From Candidatus Latescibacterota bacterium (lineage in GTDB: Bacteria > Latescibacterota > UBA2968 > UBA8231): a stretch of DNA of 64,000 nt. The stretch's first letter is position 1. The number at the start of each line of letters is the position of its first letter. The notes beneath the pieces are model-generated. The model had not been told where the DNA came from. It made no database searches and saw only the letters and a program-made list of their open reading frames with translations. This document shows, one piece after another, positions 30,661-39,528 of this stretch. The stretch lies in assembly GCA_965261395.1 (NCBI GenBank), contig OZ253462.1, forward strand, positions 4,160,001 to 4,224,000, written 5' to 3'. Both the position numbers and the translations under genes were made by a program.

Positions 30661-30690
30661 TTAAATAGAATGAATGGGGAGGATTCTTTT

Positions 30691-33477
30691 ATGAGGTCTT
30701 TAATAGTAAGTCTGATGAGCTTGATGCTTTCTGTTCAAGCGGATACGGCGCAGCAAGCCACTGTTTCTGGTCAGGTGCGGCTTGCCGATGGGTGGCCAGT
30801 GGCCGGGGCACAAGTGACGCTGTTTGACTTGGCTGATTTGCATCAAGGCGCGGTGGCACGGGCGATGACCGATGAGTCTGGGTTTTTCGCGCTGCCGCTG
30901 GCGTCGTTGGGCGGGTCGGCGTTGCCGCAGGGATTTGCCCTAGGACCGAATTATCCCAACCCGTTCAACCCTTCGACAATGATCCCCTATCAACTTCCTA
31001 TGGCCACGCAGGTGCGGCTCGATGTGTTTAACGTGTTGGGACAGCATATTGCAACGCTGGTGGACGTGGAACAGCCGGCCGGTTTTCACGCGGCGCAGTG
31101 GGATGCGACCGATGCGGCGGGACAGGCGATGGCCGCTGGGGTGTATTTCTATCGGTTGACGGTGAGTGGAGGGCAGCAGACCCAGCGGATGGTGCTGGTG
31201 GATGGGCAGGCAGGGATCGCGGCGGCGGCTTCCTCGGCATCGGTGGCGATGCCCACAGAAGCGGCGGAGCGGGAATATGGTCTTGTTGTTTCAGGCGAGG
31301 GCTTGACGACCTACACGGATGCAGCTTTTGGAGTTCGAGTGGGGATGGCAGCGGTAGAGTTGGTCGTGGATGCGGCACCGTTGACGAGCGGCAACGTGTT
31401 GGCAGGGGACATTTGGGGCGATGTGAATAACGATGGGCAGGTGGGTCTGGAAGACGCGATGCTCGTGGTGATGTCCCGCTCCAATCCGTCTATTGCCATG
31501 CCGAACAACGGCAGTATTCTCTTGGGGGATGTCAACGGTGATGGGGCAGTCAATGAGACGGACGTGCTGGTTATTATGAGGTATATATCGAATCCGTTGG
31601 ATGGGGCACTGCCTGCGGGGATCGGTCAAAGGATAGCGAGTGGGAAACGGAATTCGGACGACTCAAGTGAGCCGCCTTCTTGGTCTCCTGATGGTCAGTA
31701 CATCGCCTTCTCGTCGAATCGCGATAGTCGCGATAGTCGCGATAGCGACCATGAGATTTACGTGATGGGTTCGGATGGGAGCGACCCCCGCCGCCTGACC
31801 GACAACTCGGCCTCGGACCAGTCTCCTTCTTGGTCTCCTGATGGTCAGCACATCGCCTTCTCGTCGAGTCACGACGGCAATTATGAGATTTATGTGATGG
31901 GTTCGGATGGGAGCGACCCCCGCCGCCTGACCGACAACTCGGCCTCGGACCAGTCTCCTTCTTGGTCTCCTGATGGTCAGTACATCGCCTTCTCGTCGAG
32001 TCGCGACGGCAATTATGAGATTTATGTGATGGGTTCGGATGGGAGCGACCCCCGCCGCCTGACCGACAACTCGGCCTCGGACCAGTCTCCTTCTTGGTCT
32101 CCTGATGGTCAGCACATCGCCTTCTCGTCGAATCGCGACGGCAGCAATTACAATTATGAGATTTACGTGATGGCCGCGGACGACTCGGATGGGAGCAGCC
32201 TCCGCCGCCTGACCAACCATAGGCGAATTCATGAGAGTCCTTCTTGGTCTCCTGATGGCCAGCACATCGCCTTCTCGTCGAATCGCGACGGCAAATATGA
32301 GATTTACGTGATGGCCGCGGACGACTCGGATGGGAGCAGCCTCCGCCGCCTGACCGACAACTCGGCCTCGGACTTGTCTCCTTCTTGGTCTCCTGATGGC
32401 CAGCACATCGCCTTCTCGTCGAATCGCGACGGCAAAGTGGGGATTCACGTGATGAAAGTGGACGGCTCGGAGACGCCGGAGCCTGTGACGCCGGAGCCTG
32501 AGACGCCGGAGCCTGAGACGCCGGAGCCTGAGACGCCGGAGCCTGTGACGCCGGAGCCTGTGACGCCGGAGCCTGAGACGCCGGAGCCTGTGACGCCGGA
32601 GCCTGTGACGCCGGAGCCTGTGACGCCGGAGCCTGAGACGCCGGAGCCTGAGACGCCGGAGCCTGTGACGCCGGAGCCTGTGACGCCGGAGCCTGAGACG
32701 CCGGAGCCTGAGACGCCGGAGCCTGTGACGCCGACTGATCCCGTGGCTGGTGGCTCAACAGGCGAGGTGGCGATGTTTTCGCTGCCGGGGGATGCGTCGA
32801 TGGAGTTTGTGTGGATCGAGCCGGGGGTGTTTCAGATGGGGTCGAATACGGGTCGGAAAGATGAAAGTCCGGTGCATGAGGTAGAGATTAGTCGTGGTTT
32901 TTGGTTGGGGAAATATGAGATCACGCAGGGTCAGTGGAAGGCGGTGATGAATGATGAGCCTTGGTCTGGTCGGAAAAGAGTTATTTCAGATTCATCTCAT
33001 CCGGCGGTGATTATTTCTTGGGATGAGGTGCAGGAGTTTATCGGTCGTCTGAATGCGGCAGTGGGCGAGGAATTGTATCGTCTTCCGACCGAGGCGGAGT
33101 GGGAGTATGCGTGTCGAGCGGGGACGCAGACGCGGTGGTCGTTTGGGGATGACGAGAGCCAACTGAAGAATTATGCGTGGTATTTTAACAATTCTGAAGG
33201 AGCGAAAGCGGTAGGTAGTAGGTTGCCGAATCCTTGGGGCTTGTACGATATGCACGGGAATATTTGGGAGTGGGTTCAGGACTGGTATGACGAGGAGTAT
33301 TATAATAGCTCGCTTCGGAATGACCCCCAGGGGCCTACATCCGGCCTAGGTCGCGTCATCCGGGGTGGCCACTTCGGCCATATTGACGGCGTGCAGTCGG
33401 CGTATCGTCACTTACACTCGCCCGAATCCCGCAGCTATACCATCGGCGTGCGCCTGCTCAGGATTCCGGGCGATTAA
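30691..33477 (+). CDS. Modular secreted protein A: CarboxypepD/FlgD-Ig, dockerin, PD40 propeller, (E/V)TPEP stalk, FGE/SUMF1-like domain
   Basis: Signal peptide; NYPNPFNPST; GDVNNDG/GDVNGDG; seven PSWSPDG repeats; RLPTEAEWEYACRAG, NPWGLYDMHGN.WEWV.DWY. Confidence 0.92.
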   Translation: MRSLIVSLMSLMLSVQADTAQQATVSGQVRLADGWPVAGAQVTLFDLADLHQGAVARAMTDESGFFALPLASLGGSALPQGFALGPNYPNPFNPSTMIPYQLPMATQVRLDVFNVLGQHIATLVDVEQPAGFHAAQWDATDAAGQAMAAGVYFYRLTVSGGQQTQRMVLVDGQAGIAAAASSASVAMPTEAAEREYGLVVSGEGLTTYTDAAFGVRVGMAAVELVVDAAPLTSGNVLAGDIWGDVNNDGQVGLEDAMLVVMSRSNPSIAMPNNGSILLGDVNGDGAVNETDVLVIMRYISNPLDGALPAGIGQRIASGKRNSDDSSEPPSWSPDGQYIAFSSNRDSRDSRDSDHEIYVMGSDGSDPRRLTDNSASDQSPSWSPDGQHIAFSSSHDGNYEIYVMGSDGSDPRRLTDNSASDQSPSWSPDGQYIAFSSSRDGNYEIYVMGSDGSDPRRLTDNSASDQSPSWSPDGQHIAFSSNRDGSNYNYEIYVMAADDSDGSSLRRLTNHRRIHESPSWSPDGQHIAFSSNRDGKYEIYVMAADDSDGSSLRRLTDNSASDLSPSWSPDGQHIAFSSNRDGKVGIHVMKVDGSETPEPVTPEPETPEPETPEPETPEPVTPEPVTPEPETPEPVTPEPVTPEPVTPEPETPEPETPEPVTPEPVTPEPETPEPETPEPVTPTDPVAGGSTGEVAMFSLPGDASMEFVWIEPGVFQMGSNTGRKDESPVHEVEISRGFWLGKYEITQGQWKAVMNDEPWSGRKRVISDSSHPAVIISWDEVQEFIGRLNAAVGEELYRLPTEAEWEYACRAGTQTRWSFGDDESQLKNYAWYFNNSEGAKAVGSRLPNPWGLYDMHGNIWEWVQDWYDEEYYNSSLRNDPQGPTSGLGRVIRGGHFGHIDGVQSAYRHLHSPESRSYTIGVRLLRIPGD
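32470..32733 (+). repeat. 15-bp coding tandem repeat, 17 full units plus partial
   Basis: G(A/T)GACGCCGGAGCCT encoding (E/V)TPEP. Confidence 0.97.
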
Positions 33478-33583
33478 TGTCCCTTGGTCAACCTACTAGC
33501 ACCATTGGCAGTACGTTATAGCCGTACTCTGCTACTGCCGCGGTCTCTTTTCCTCTATCCATTTCTCTTAAAGGTAATGTGCT

Positions 33584-36500
33584 ATGAATCTTTTAGTAAT
33601 GGCCCTGATGGGCTTGCTCGTTTTCGTCCACGCTGGCACGGCGCAGCAATCCACTGTTTCCGGTAAGGTGCGGCTTGCCGATGGGTGGCCAGTGGCCGGG
33701 GCACAAGTGACGCTGTTTGACTTGGCCGCTTTGCATCAAGGCGCGGTGGCACGGGCGATAAGCGATGAGTCTGGGTTTTTCGCGCTGCCGCTGGCGTCGT
33801 TGGGCAGGTCGGCGTTGCCGCAGGGATTTGCCCTAGGACCGAATTACCCCAACCCGTTCAACCCTTCGACCGTGATCCCCTATCAAGTTCCCATGGCCAC
33901 GCAGGTGCGGCTCGATGTGTTTAACGTGTTGGGACAGCATATTGCAACGCTGGTGGACGTGGAACAGCCGGCCGGTTTTCACGCGGCGCAGTGGGATGCG
34001 ACCGATGCGGCGGGTCAGGCGATGGCCGCTGGGGTGTATCTCTATCGGTTGACGGTGAGTGGAGGGCAGCAGACCCAGCGGATGGTGCTGGTGGATGGGC
34101 AGGCGGGGATCGCAGCGGCTCCCTCAGCATCGGTCGCGATGGCCACAGAAGCGGTGGAGCGGGAATATGGCCTCGTTGTTTCAGGCGAGGGCTTGACGAC
34201 CTACACGGATGCAGCGTTTGGAGTTCGAGTAGGGATGGCAGCGGTAGAGTTGGTCGTGGATGCGGCACCGTTGACGAGTGGCAACGCGCTGGCAGAGGAC
34301 ATTTGGGGAGATGTGAATAACGATGGGCAGGTGAGTCTGGAAGACGCGATGCTTGTGGTGATGTCCCGCTCCAATCCGTCTATTGCCATGCCGAACAACG
34401 GCAGTATTCGCTTGGGGGATGTCAACGGCGATGGGGCAGTCAATGGGCCGGATGTGCTGGTTATTATGAGGTATATATCGAATCCGTTGGATGGGGCACT
34501 GCCTGCGGGGATCGGTCAAAGGATAGCGAGTGGGAAACGGGTTTCGGACGACTCAGATGTGAGCCGGCTAACCGACCTCTCGGCCAGGGACAGGTCTCCC
34601 TCTTGGTCGCCGGATGGCCAGCACATCGCCTTCATGTCCGTGTCCGAGAGCGACAACTCTGAGATTTACGTGATGGATTTGAATGGGAACAACCGTCGCA
34701 ACCTGACCAACCTCTCGGCCAGGGACGAGTCTCCCTCTTGGTCGCCGGATGGCCAGCACATCGCCTTCATGTCCGTGTCCGAGAGCGACAACTCTGAGAT
34801 TTACGTGATGGATTTGAATGGGAACAACCGTCGCAACCTGACCAACCTCTCGGCCAGGGACGAGTCTCCCTCTTGGTCGCCGGGTGGCCAGCACATCGCC
34901 TTCGAGTCCTACCGCGACGGCAACGACAACTCTGAGATTTACGTGATGGGTTCGGATGGGAGCAACCCTCGCCGCTTGACCGACCACCCGGCCTTGGACA
35001 GGGCTCCCTCTTGGTCGCCGGGTGGCCAGCACATCGCCTTCGAGTCCTACCGCGACGGCAACGACAACTCTGAGATTTACGTGATGGGTTCGGATGGGAG
35101 CAACCCTCGCCGCCTGACCAACCACAAGGCCAAGGACGGGTCTCCCTCTTGGTCGCCGGATGGCCAGCACATCACCTTCTCGTCTGATCGCGACGGCAAT
35201 AAGGAGATTTACGTGATGGGTTCGGATGGGAGCAACCCTCGCCGCCTGACCAACCACAAAAAATCGGATGTGACCCCTGTTTGGTCGCCGGATGGCCAGC
35301 GCATCGCCTTCTCGTCTGATCGCGACGGCAATTTGGGGGTTTACGTGATTGTGTACGTGATGGATGGTGACGGCGATGGGGGTACACCCAGCTTTGAGGG
35401 TGCGACGGTTGCCAATCAGACGGTTGCCGCAGGGGAAGTGATGACCCCGTTGGTGTTGCCTATGGCTTTGGGTGGCGACGGCGAGTTGACCTATAGCTTG
35501 TCGCTGTCGCCGGTGGTGCCGGGTTTGACGTTTGATGCGGCGACTCGGACGCTTTCGGGCACGCCGACGGTAGCCGAGGACTATGCGTTGACCTACCGGG
35601 TGGAGGATAGCGACGGCGATACCGATGAGTTGACCTTCACGGTGACCGTTGATGAGGAGCCGATGTTCGCGGACACGGACACGGTTGCCGATCAGACGGT
35701 TGCTGCAGGGGAAGCGATGACCCCGTTGGTGTTGCCTGCGGGTTCGGGTGGCGATGGCGAGTTGACCTATAGCTTGTCGCCGAAGGTGCCGGGTTTGACG
35801 TTTGATGCGGCGACTCGGACGCTTTCGGGCACGCCGACGGTAGCCGAGGACTATGCGTTGACCTACCGGGTGGAGGATAGCGACGGCGATGCCGATGAGT
35901 TGACCTTTGCCCTGAAAGTCGATGGCCTACCCAGCTTTGAGGGTACGGCGGAGCTTCCAGGGGGTGCGTCGATGGAGTTTGTGTGGATCGAGCCGGGGGT
36001 GTTTCAGATGGGATCGAAGGATAGGACGGGTCGGAAAGATGAATGGCCGATACATGAGGTGGAGATTAGTCGTGGTTTTTGGTTGGGGAAGTATGAGATC
36101 ACGCAGAGTCAGTGGAAGTCGGTGATGGATACAGAGCCTTGGTCTGGTCGGGACAGAGTTGAGGCAAATTCATCGCATCCAGCGGTGATTATTTCTTGGA
36201 ATGAAGTGCAGGAGTTTATCGGTCGTCTGAATGCGGCAGCGGGCGAGGAATTGTATCGTCTTCCGACGGAGGCGGAGTGGGAATATGCGTGTCGAGCGGG
36301 GAGTACGACTCGTTGGTCGTTTGGGGATGACGAGAGCCAACTGAGGAATTATGCGTGGTATTTTGACAATACTGAAGGAGCGAAAGCGGTAGGTAGTAAG
36401 TTGCCGAATCCTTGGGGCTTGTATGATATGCACGGGAATGTTTGGGAGTGGGTTCAGGATAGGTATGATGAGGAATATTATAGTAGGTCGGTTCGGGAAG

Positions 36501-36655
36501 ACCCCCAAGGGCCTGAATCCGGCCTTGGTCGCGTCATCCGGGGTGGACACTTCGGCCATATCGACGGCGTACGGTCGGCGTATCGTCAATTCTGCCCGTC
36601 CGGCTCCCGCAGCTATACCATTGGTGTGCGCCTGCTTAGGATTCCGGGGAATTAA
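33584..36655 (+). CDS. Modular secreted protein B: as A but with two putative Ig (He_PIG-like) domains as spacer
   Basis: Near-identical N-terminus to A; PD40 repeats; two GGDGELTYSL..PGLTFDAATRTLSGTP units; FGE domain. Confidence 0.92.
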   Translation: MNLLVMALMGLLVFVHAGTAQQSTVSGKVRLADGWPVAGAQVTLFDLAALHQGAVARAISDESGFFALPLASLGRSALPQGFALGPNYPNPFNPSTVIPYQVPMATQVRLDVFNVLGQHIATLVDVEQPAGFHAAQWDATDAAGQAMAAGVYLYRLTVSGGQQTQRMVLVDGQAGIAAAPSASVAMATEAVEREYGLVVSGEGLTTYTDAAFGVRVGMAAVELVVDAAPLTSGNALAEDIWGDVNNDGQVSLEDAMLVVMSRSNPSIAMPNNGSIRLGDVNGDGAVNGPDVLVIMRYISNPLDGALPAGIGQRIASGKRVSDDSDVSRLTDLSARDRSPSWSPDGQHIAFMSVSESDNSEIYVMDLNGNNRRNLTNLSARDESPSWSPDGQHIAFMSVSESDNSEIYVMDLNGNNRRNLTNLSARDESPSWSPGGQHIAFESYRDGNDNSEIYVMGSDGSNPRRLTDHPALDRAPSWSPGGQHIAFESYRDGNDNSEIYVMGSDGSNPRRLTNHKAKDGSPSWSPDGQHITFSSDRDGNKEIYVMGSDGSNPRRLTNHKKSDVTPVWSPDGQRIAFSSDRDGNLGVYVIVYVMDGDGDGGTPSFEGATVANQTVAAGEVMTPLVLPMALGGDGELTYSLSLSPVVPGLTFDAATRTLSGTPTVAEDYALTYRVEDSDGDTDELTFTVTVDEEPMFADTDTVADQTVAAGEAMTPLVLPAGSGGDGELTYSLSPKVPGLTFDAATRTLSGTPTVAEDYALTYRVEDSDGDADELTFALKVDGLPSFEGTAELPGGASMEFVWIEPGVFQMGSKDRTGRKDEWPIHEVEISRGFWLGKYEITQSQWKSVMDTEPWSGRDRVEANSSHPAVIISWNEVQEFIGRLNAAAGEELYRLPTEAEWEYACRAGSTTRWSFGDDESQLRNYAWYFDNTEGAKAVGSKLPNPWGLYDMHGNVWEWVQDRYDEEYYSRSVREDPQGPESGLGRVIRGGHFGHIDGVRSAYRQFCPSGSRSYTIGVRLLRIPGN

Positions 36656-36693
36656 TCGCTTAATGTCTTAACCAATCACACCATCTCTGTCTC

Positions 36694-36733
36694 AATCTGC
36701 GCGGCGGTTTTCATTGTGTCGTGCAGATTTTTT
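36694..36733 (+). terminator. Terminator after gene B
   Basis: AATCTGCGCGGC/GTCGTGCAGATT stem plus T-run. Confidence 0.65.
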
Positions 36734-36757
36734 GTTCAACAGTAAAGGAGGCCTACT

Positions 36758-37627
36758 ATGACCACGTTTAGCAAGGGCCTAATGATTGCCCTTTCCCTCT
36801 GTTTGCTGCTCGCTCTGAACGCTTCTTTCGCCCAAGAGGATTCTTGGGAGACGGTTGCTGTCTATATGGTGGATCCTATAGACGAGAAAGTGTCGCTGGG
36901 AGTTCGGGAGTACGTAGAAAATTTAACTTGGCAGACATTCAAGCGTGATTTTACTCTAGCGAGGCAAGCTCAACTGGCTCAGGTGGAAGCGGAAAATGAG
37001 GCACGAATTCGAGCGGCTGCGCGTTTCTTAGAGGATGATCTGAGCAGCCGCGGAGACGGTACAAGCATGTGGTATCCGGCTTGGATTCCCTTGGCGCTTG
37101 CTGCTACTACGGAGGACTCGCTTTTCAAGAACATCCTAGAGATTGAGGGGCGAATGTACTCAGCCGGACCAAGGGCTGGTGAACGACAGACCCTGAGAGA
37201 GTATTTCGAAATGGACGGAGCCGAGCCGGACGGATTGAATGCTGATGGATCGCAAAGATTTCGTTACTGTATTTCGTCCAGCCCGAACTGTCGCGAGGAA
37301 AATTATGCTTATTTCAGGGAATTGCTTGAAATCCATTACCAGTCTCTGATGTCAGTGACAGCACCTAGAATTATTTCATTTACGGTTCGGGCGAGGTGGA
37401 CTGAGCCTTTTGTGCCTGAGCTTTTTGTGGATGAACAAGCGGAACAAGTTGGAGTAGTGATCGCAGAATTTGACTATGACAGTATTCGGCTTTTGCAGCC
37501 AGCGGTCATGAACCCGGATGAGTCTGTGATTGATCTTGCGCCTTATTGGGAGCCAGCGGCCAAGGCGACCGCTTCTGCTAAGGCTTCCTCTTGGGGGCGT
37601 ATCAAGGCGACATTCGCCGACGATTAG
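36758..37627 (+). CDS. Secreted hypothetical protein with SSWGRIK C-terminus (paralog X2)
   Basis: AAGGAGG SD, signal peptide, shares WYP.WIPL, EDSLFKN, APRIISFT, DSIRLLQ, SSWGRIK.TFAD with X1. Confidence 0.85.
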   Translation: MTTFSKGLMIALSLCLLLALNASFAQEDSWETVAVYMVDPIDEKVSLGVREYVENLTWQTFKRDFTLARQAQLAQVEAENEARIRAAARFLEDDLSSRGDGTSMWYPAWIPLALAATTEDSLFKNILEIEGRMYSAGPRAGERQTLREYFEMDGAEPDGLNADGSQRFRYCISSSPNCREENYAYFRELLEIHYQSLMSVTAPRIISFTVRARWTEPFVPELFVDEQAEQVGVVIAEFDYDSIRLLQPAVMNPDESVIDLAPYWEPAAKATASAKASSWGRIKATFADD

Positions 37628-37637
37628 CCTGTGTGAC

Positions 37638-37671
37638 AAGCCCCGGTTGGACAATGGTCTGGCCAGGGCTT
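37638..37671 (+). other. Conserved hairpin after X2
   Basis: AAGCCCCGGTTGGAC/GTCTGGCCAGGGCTT. Confidence 0.72.
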
Positions 37672-37777
37672 AACATCGCCAGCGGGCTCCATTCTCCTCC
37701 CCGTCTCCCTAAAAGCGATGGACGACGCAAGCTATAGGCCGTTTAACCCAAACTCACGTTAATAGGGAGATTTTTAT

Positions 37778-39445
37778 ATGAGATTTCTAATAGTATGTCT
37801 GATGGGCTTGATGCTTCCTGTTCAAGCGAATACGGCACAGCAAGCCACTGTCTCCGGGCGGGTGCGGCTTGCCGTCGATGGGCGGCCAGTGGCCGGGGCA
37901 CAAGTGACGCTCTTTGACTTGGCCGATTTGCATCAAGGCGTGGTGGCGCGGGCGACGACCGATGAGTCTGGGTATTTCGCACTGTCATTGGCGTCGTTGG
38001 GCGAGTCGGCCTTGCCGCAGAGATTTGCCCTGGGACATAATTACCCCAACCCATTCAATCCTTCGACTGTGATCCCCTATCAGTTGCCTGCGGCGACGCA
38101 CGTGCGGCTTGATGTCTTTAACGTATTGGGACAGCATGTTGCGACGTTGGTGGACGCGGAGCGACAGGCCGGTTTTCACGCGGCGAAGTGGGATGCTACC
38201 GATGCGGCGGGATAGGCAATGGCCGCTGGGGTGTATCTCTATCGGTTGACGACGAGCGGAGGGCAGCAGATTCAGCGGATGGTGCTCATTGACGGGCAGG
38301 CGGGGATCGCGGTGGAGGCTCCCTCGGCAGCGGCGATCATGTCCGCGGACATGGCGGAGCGGGAATATGGTCTTGTTGTTTCGGGTGAGGGCTTGACGAC
38401 CTACACGGATGTAGCTTTTGGAGTTCGAGCAGGGATGGCAGCGGTAGAGTTGGTAGTGGAAGCGGCACCGTTGACGATGGCGAGCGGGAAACGGACCTCG
38501 GGCAACTCGGATAACTTTCCCTCTTGGTCGCCAGATGGCGATCAGATCGCCTTCGTGTCCGACCGCGAAGGCGACAGCTTTGAGATTTACGTGATGGACG
38601 CGGACGGCTCTGATATGATTGTAGTGGACGACGAGGAAGTGGCGGACGACGAGGAAGTGGCGGACGATGAGGAAATAGTAGTGGACGACGAGGAAGTGGC
38701 GGACGACGAGAAGGAGACGGTGGAGACGGTTTCGTTGCTTCCTGGAGAGGCGTCGATGGAGTTTGTGTGGATCGAGCCAGGGATGTTTCAGATGGGGTCG
38801 GATACGGGCCGAAGAGATGAAGGTCCGATCCATGAGGTGAAGATTAGCCGTGGTTTTTGGCTGGGGAAATACGAGGTCACGCAGAAACAGTGGAAGGCGG
38901 TGATGGATGAAGAGCCTTGGGCTGGCCGGGACCGAGTTAAGCCAGATCCAGATTATCCGGCGGTGATTGTCTCTTGGGATAAAGTGCAGGAGTTTATCCG
39001 TCGTCTTAACGAAGACGCGGGCAAGGATTTGTATCGTCTTCCGACGGAGGCGGAGTGGGAGTATGCGTGTCGAGCGGAAACGCAAACGCGATGGTCGTTT
39101 GGGGATGACGAGAGCCGATTGGCGGATCATGCGTGGTATGATGGTAATAACTATCCTACCAAAGGAGCAAAAGAGGTAGGGACGAAGTTGCCGAATCCTT
39201 GGGGTCTGTATGATATGCACGGGAATGTTTGGGAGTGGGTTCAGGATTGGTATGACGAGGAGTATTATAACAGGTCTGTTCGGAAAGACCCTCAAGGGCC
39301 TACATCCGGCTCCGGTCGTGTCATCCGGGGTGGCCACTTCGGCCATTTCTACGACGGGGTACGGTCAGCATATCGCCACCTCCACTCGCCCGATTCTCGC
39401 AGCTATAGCATTGGTGTGCGCCTGCTCAGGATTGCGGGGGATTAA
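37778..39445 (+). pseudogene. Modular protein C (CarboxypepD/FlgD-Ig, one PD40, acidic spacer, FGE) interrupted by an in-frame TAG
   Basis: ORFs 37778-38215 and 38219-39445 are in the same frame; TAG at 38213-38215 where A and B have CAG (Gln). Confidence 0.82.
38621..38709 (+). repeat. 18-bp coding repeat encoding acidic spacer
   Basis: GCGGACGACGAGGAAGTG-like units (DDEEVA). Confidence 0.85.
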
Positions 39446-39447
39446 TT

Positions 39448-39492
39448 GGGAACCCCAAGCTCGGTTTCGCGCCGGGCTTGGGGTTCCCTTTT
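39448..39492 (+). terminator. Strong hairpin/terminator immediately after gene C
   Basis: 17-bp stem GGGAACCCCAAGCTCGG/CCGGGCTTGGGGTTCCC plus TTTT. Confidence 0.85.
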
Positions 39493-39528
39493 CGCTATGA
39501 CTGGCCCTGTCGGCGGCTCAGACAAAAA

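Noticed and set aside
31660-32733. CRISPR-like regular repeats
   Set aside because: They are in-frame coding PD40 and TPEP repeats with no unique spacers and no cas genes
31574-32758. 394-aa minus-strand ORF with QAPAS repeats and other long shadow ORFs
   Set aside because: Antisense shadows of repeats and of high-GC genes with clear products on the other strand
38213-38215. Pyrrolysine or amber recoding
   Set aside because: Paralogs have Gln, TAG terminates many normal genes here, and no pyl genes are visible
28426-39492. Complete DGR within the window
   Set aside because: No reverse transcriptase, Avd or AAC-rich template repeat found in the intergenic regions
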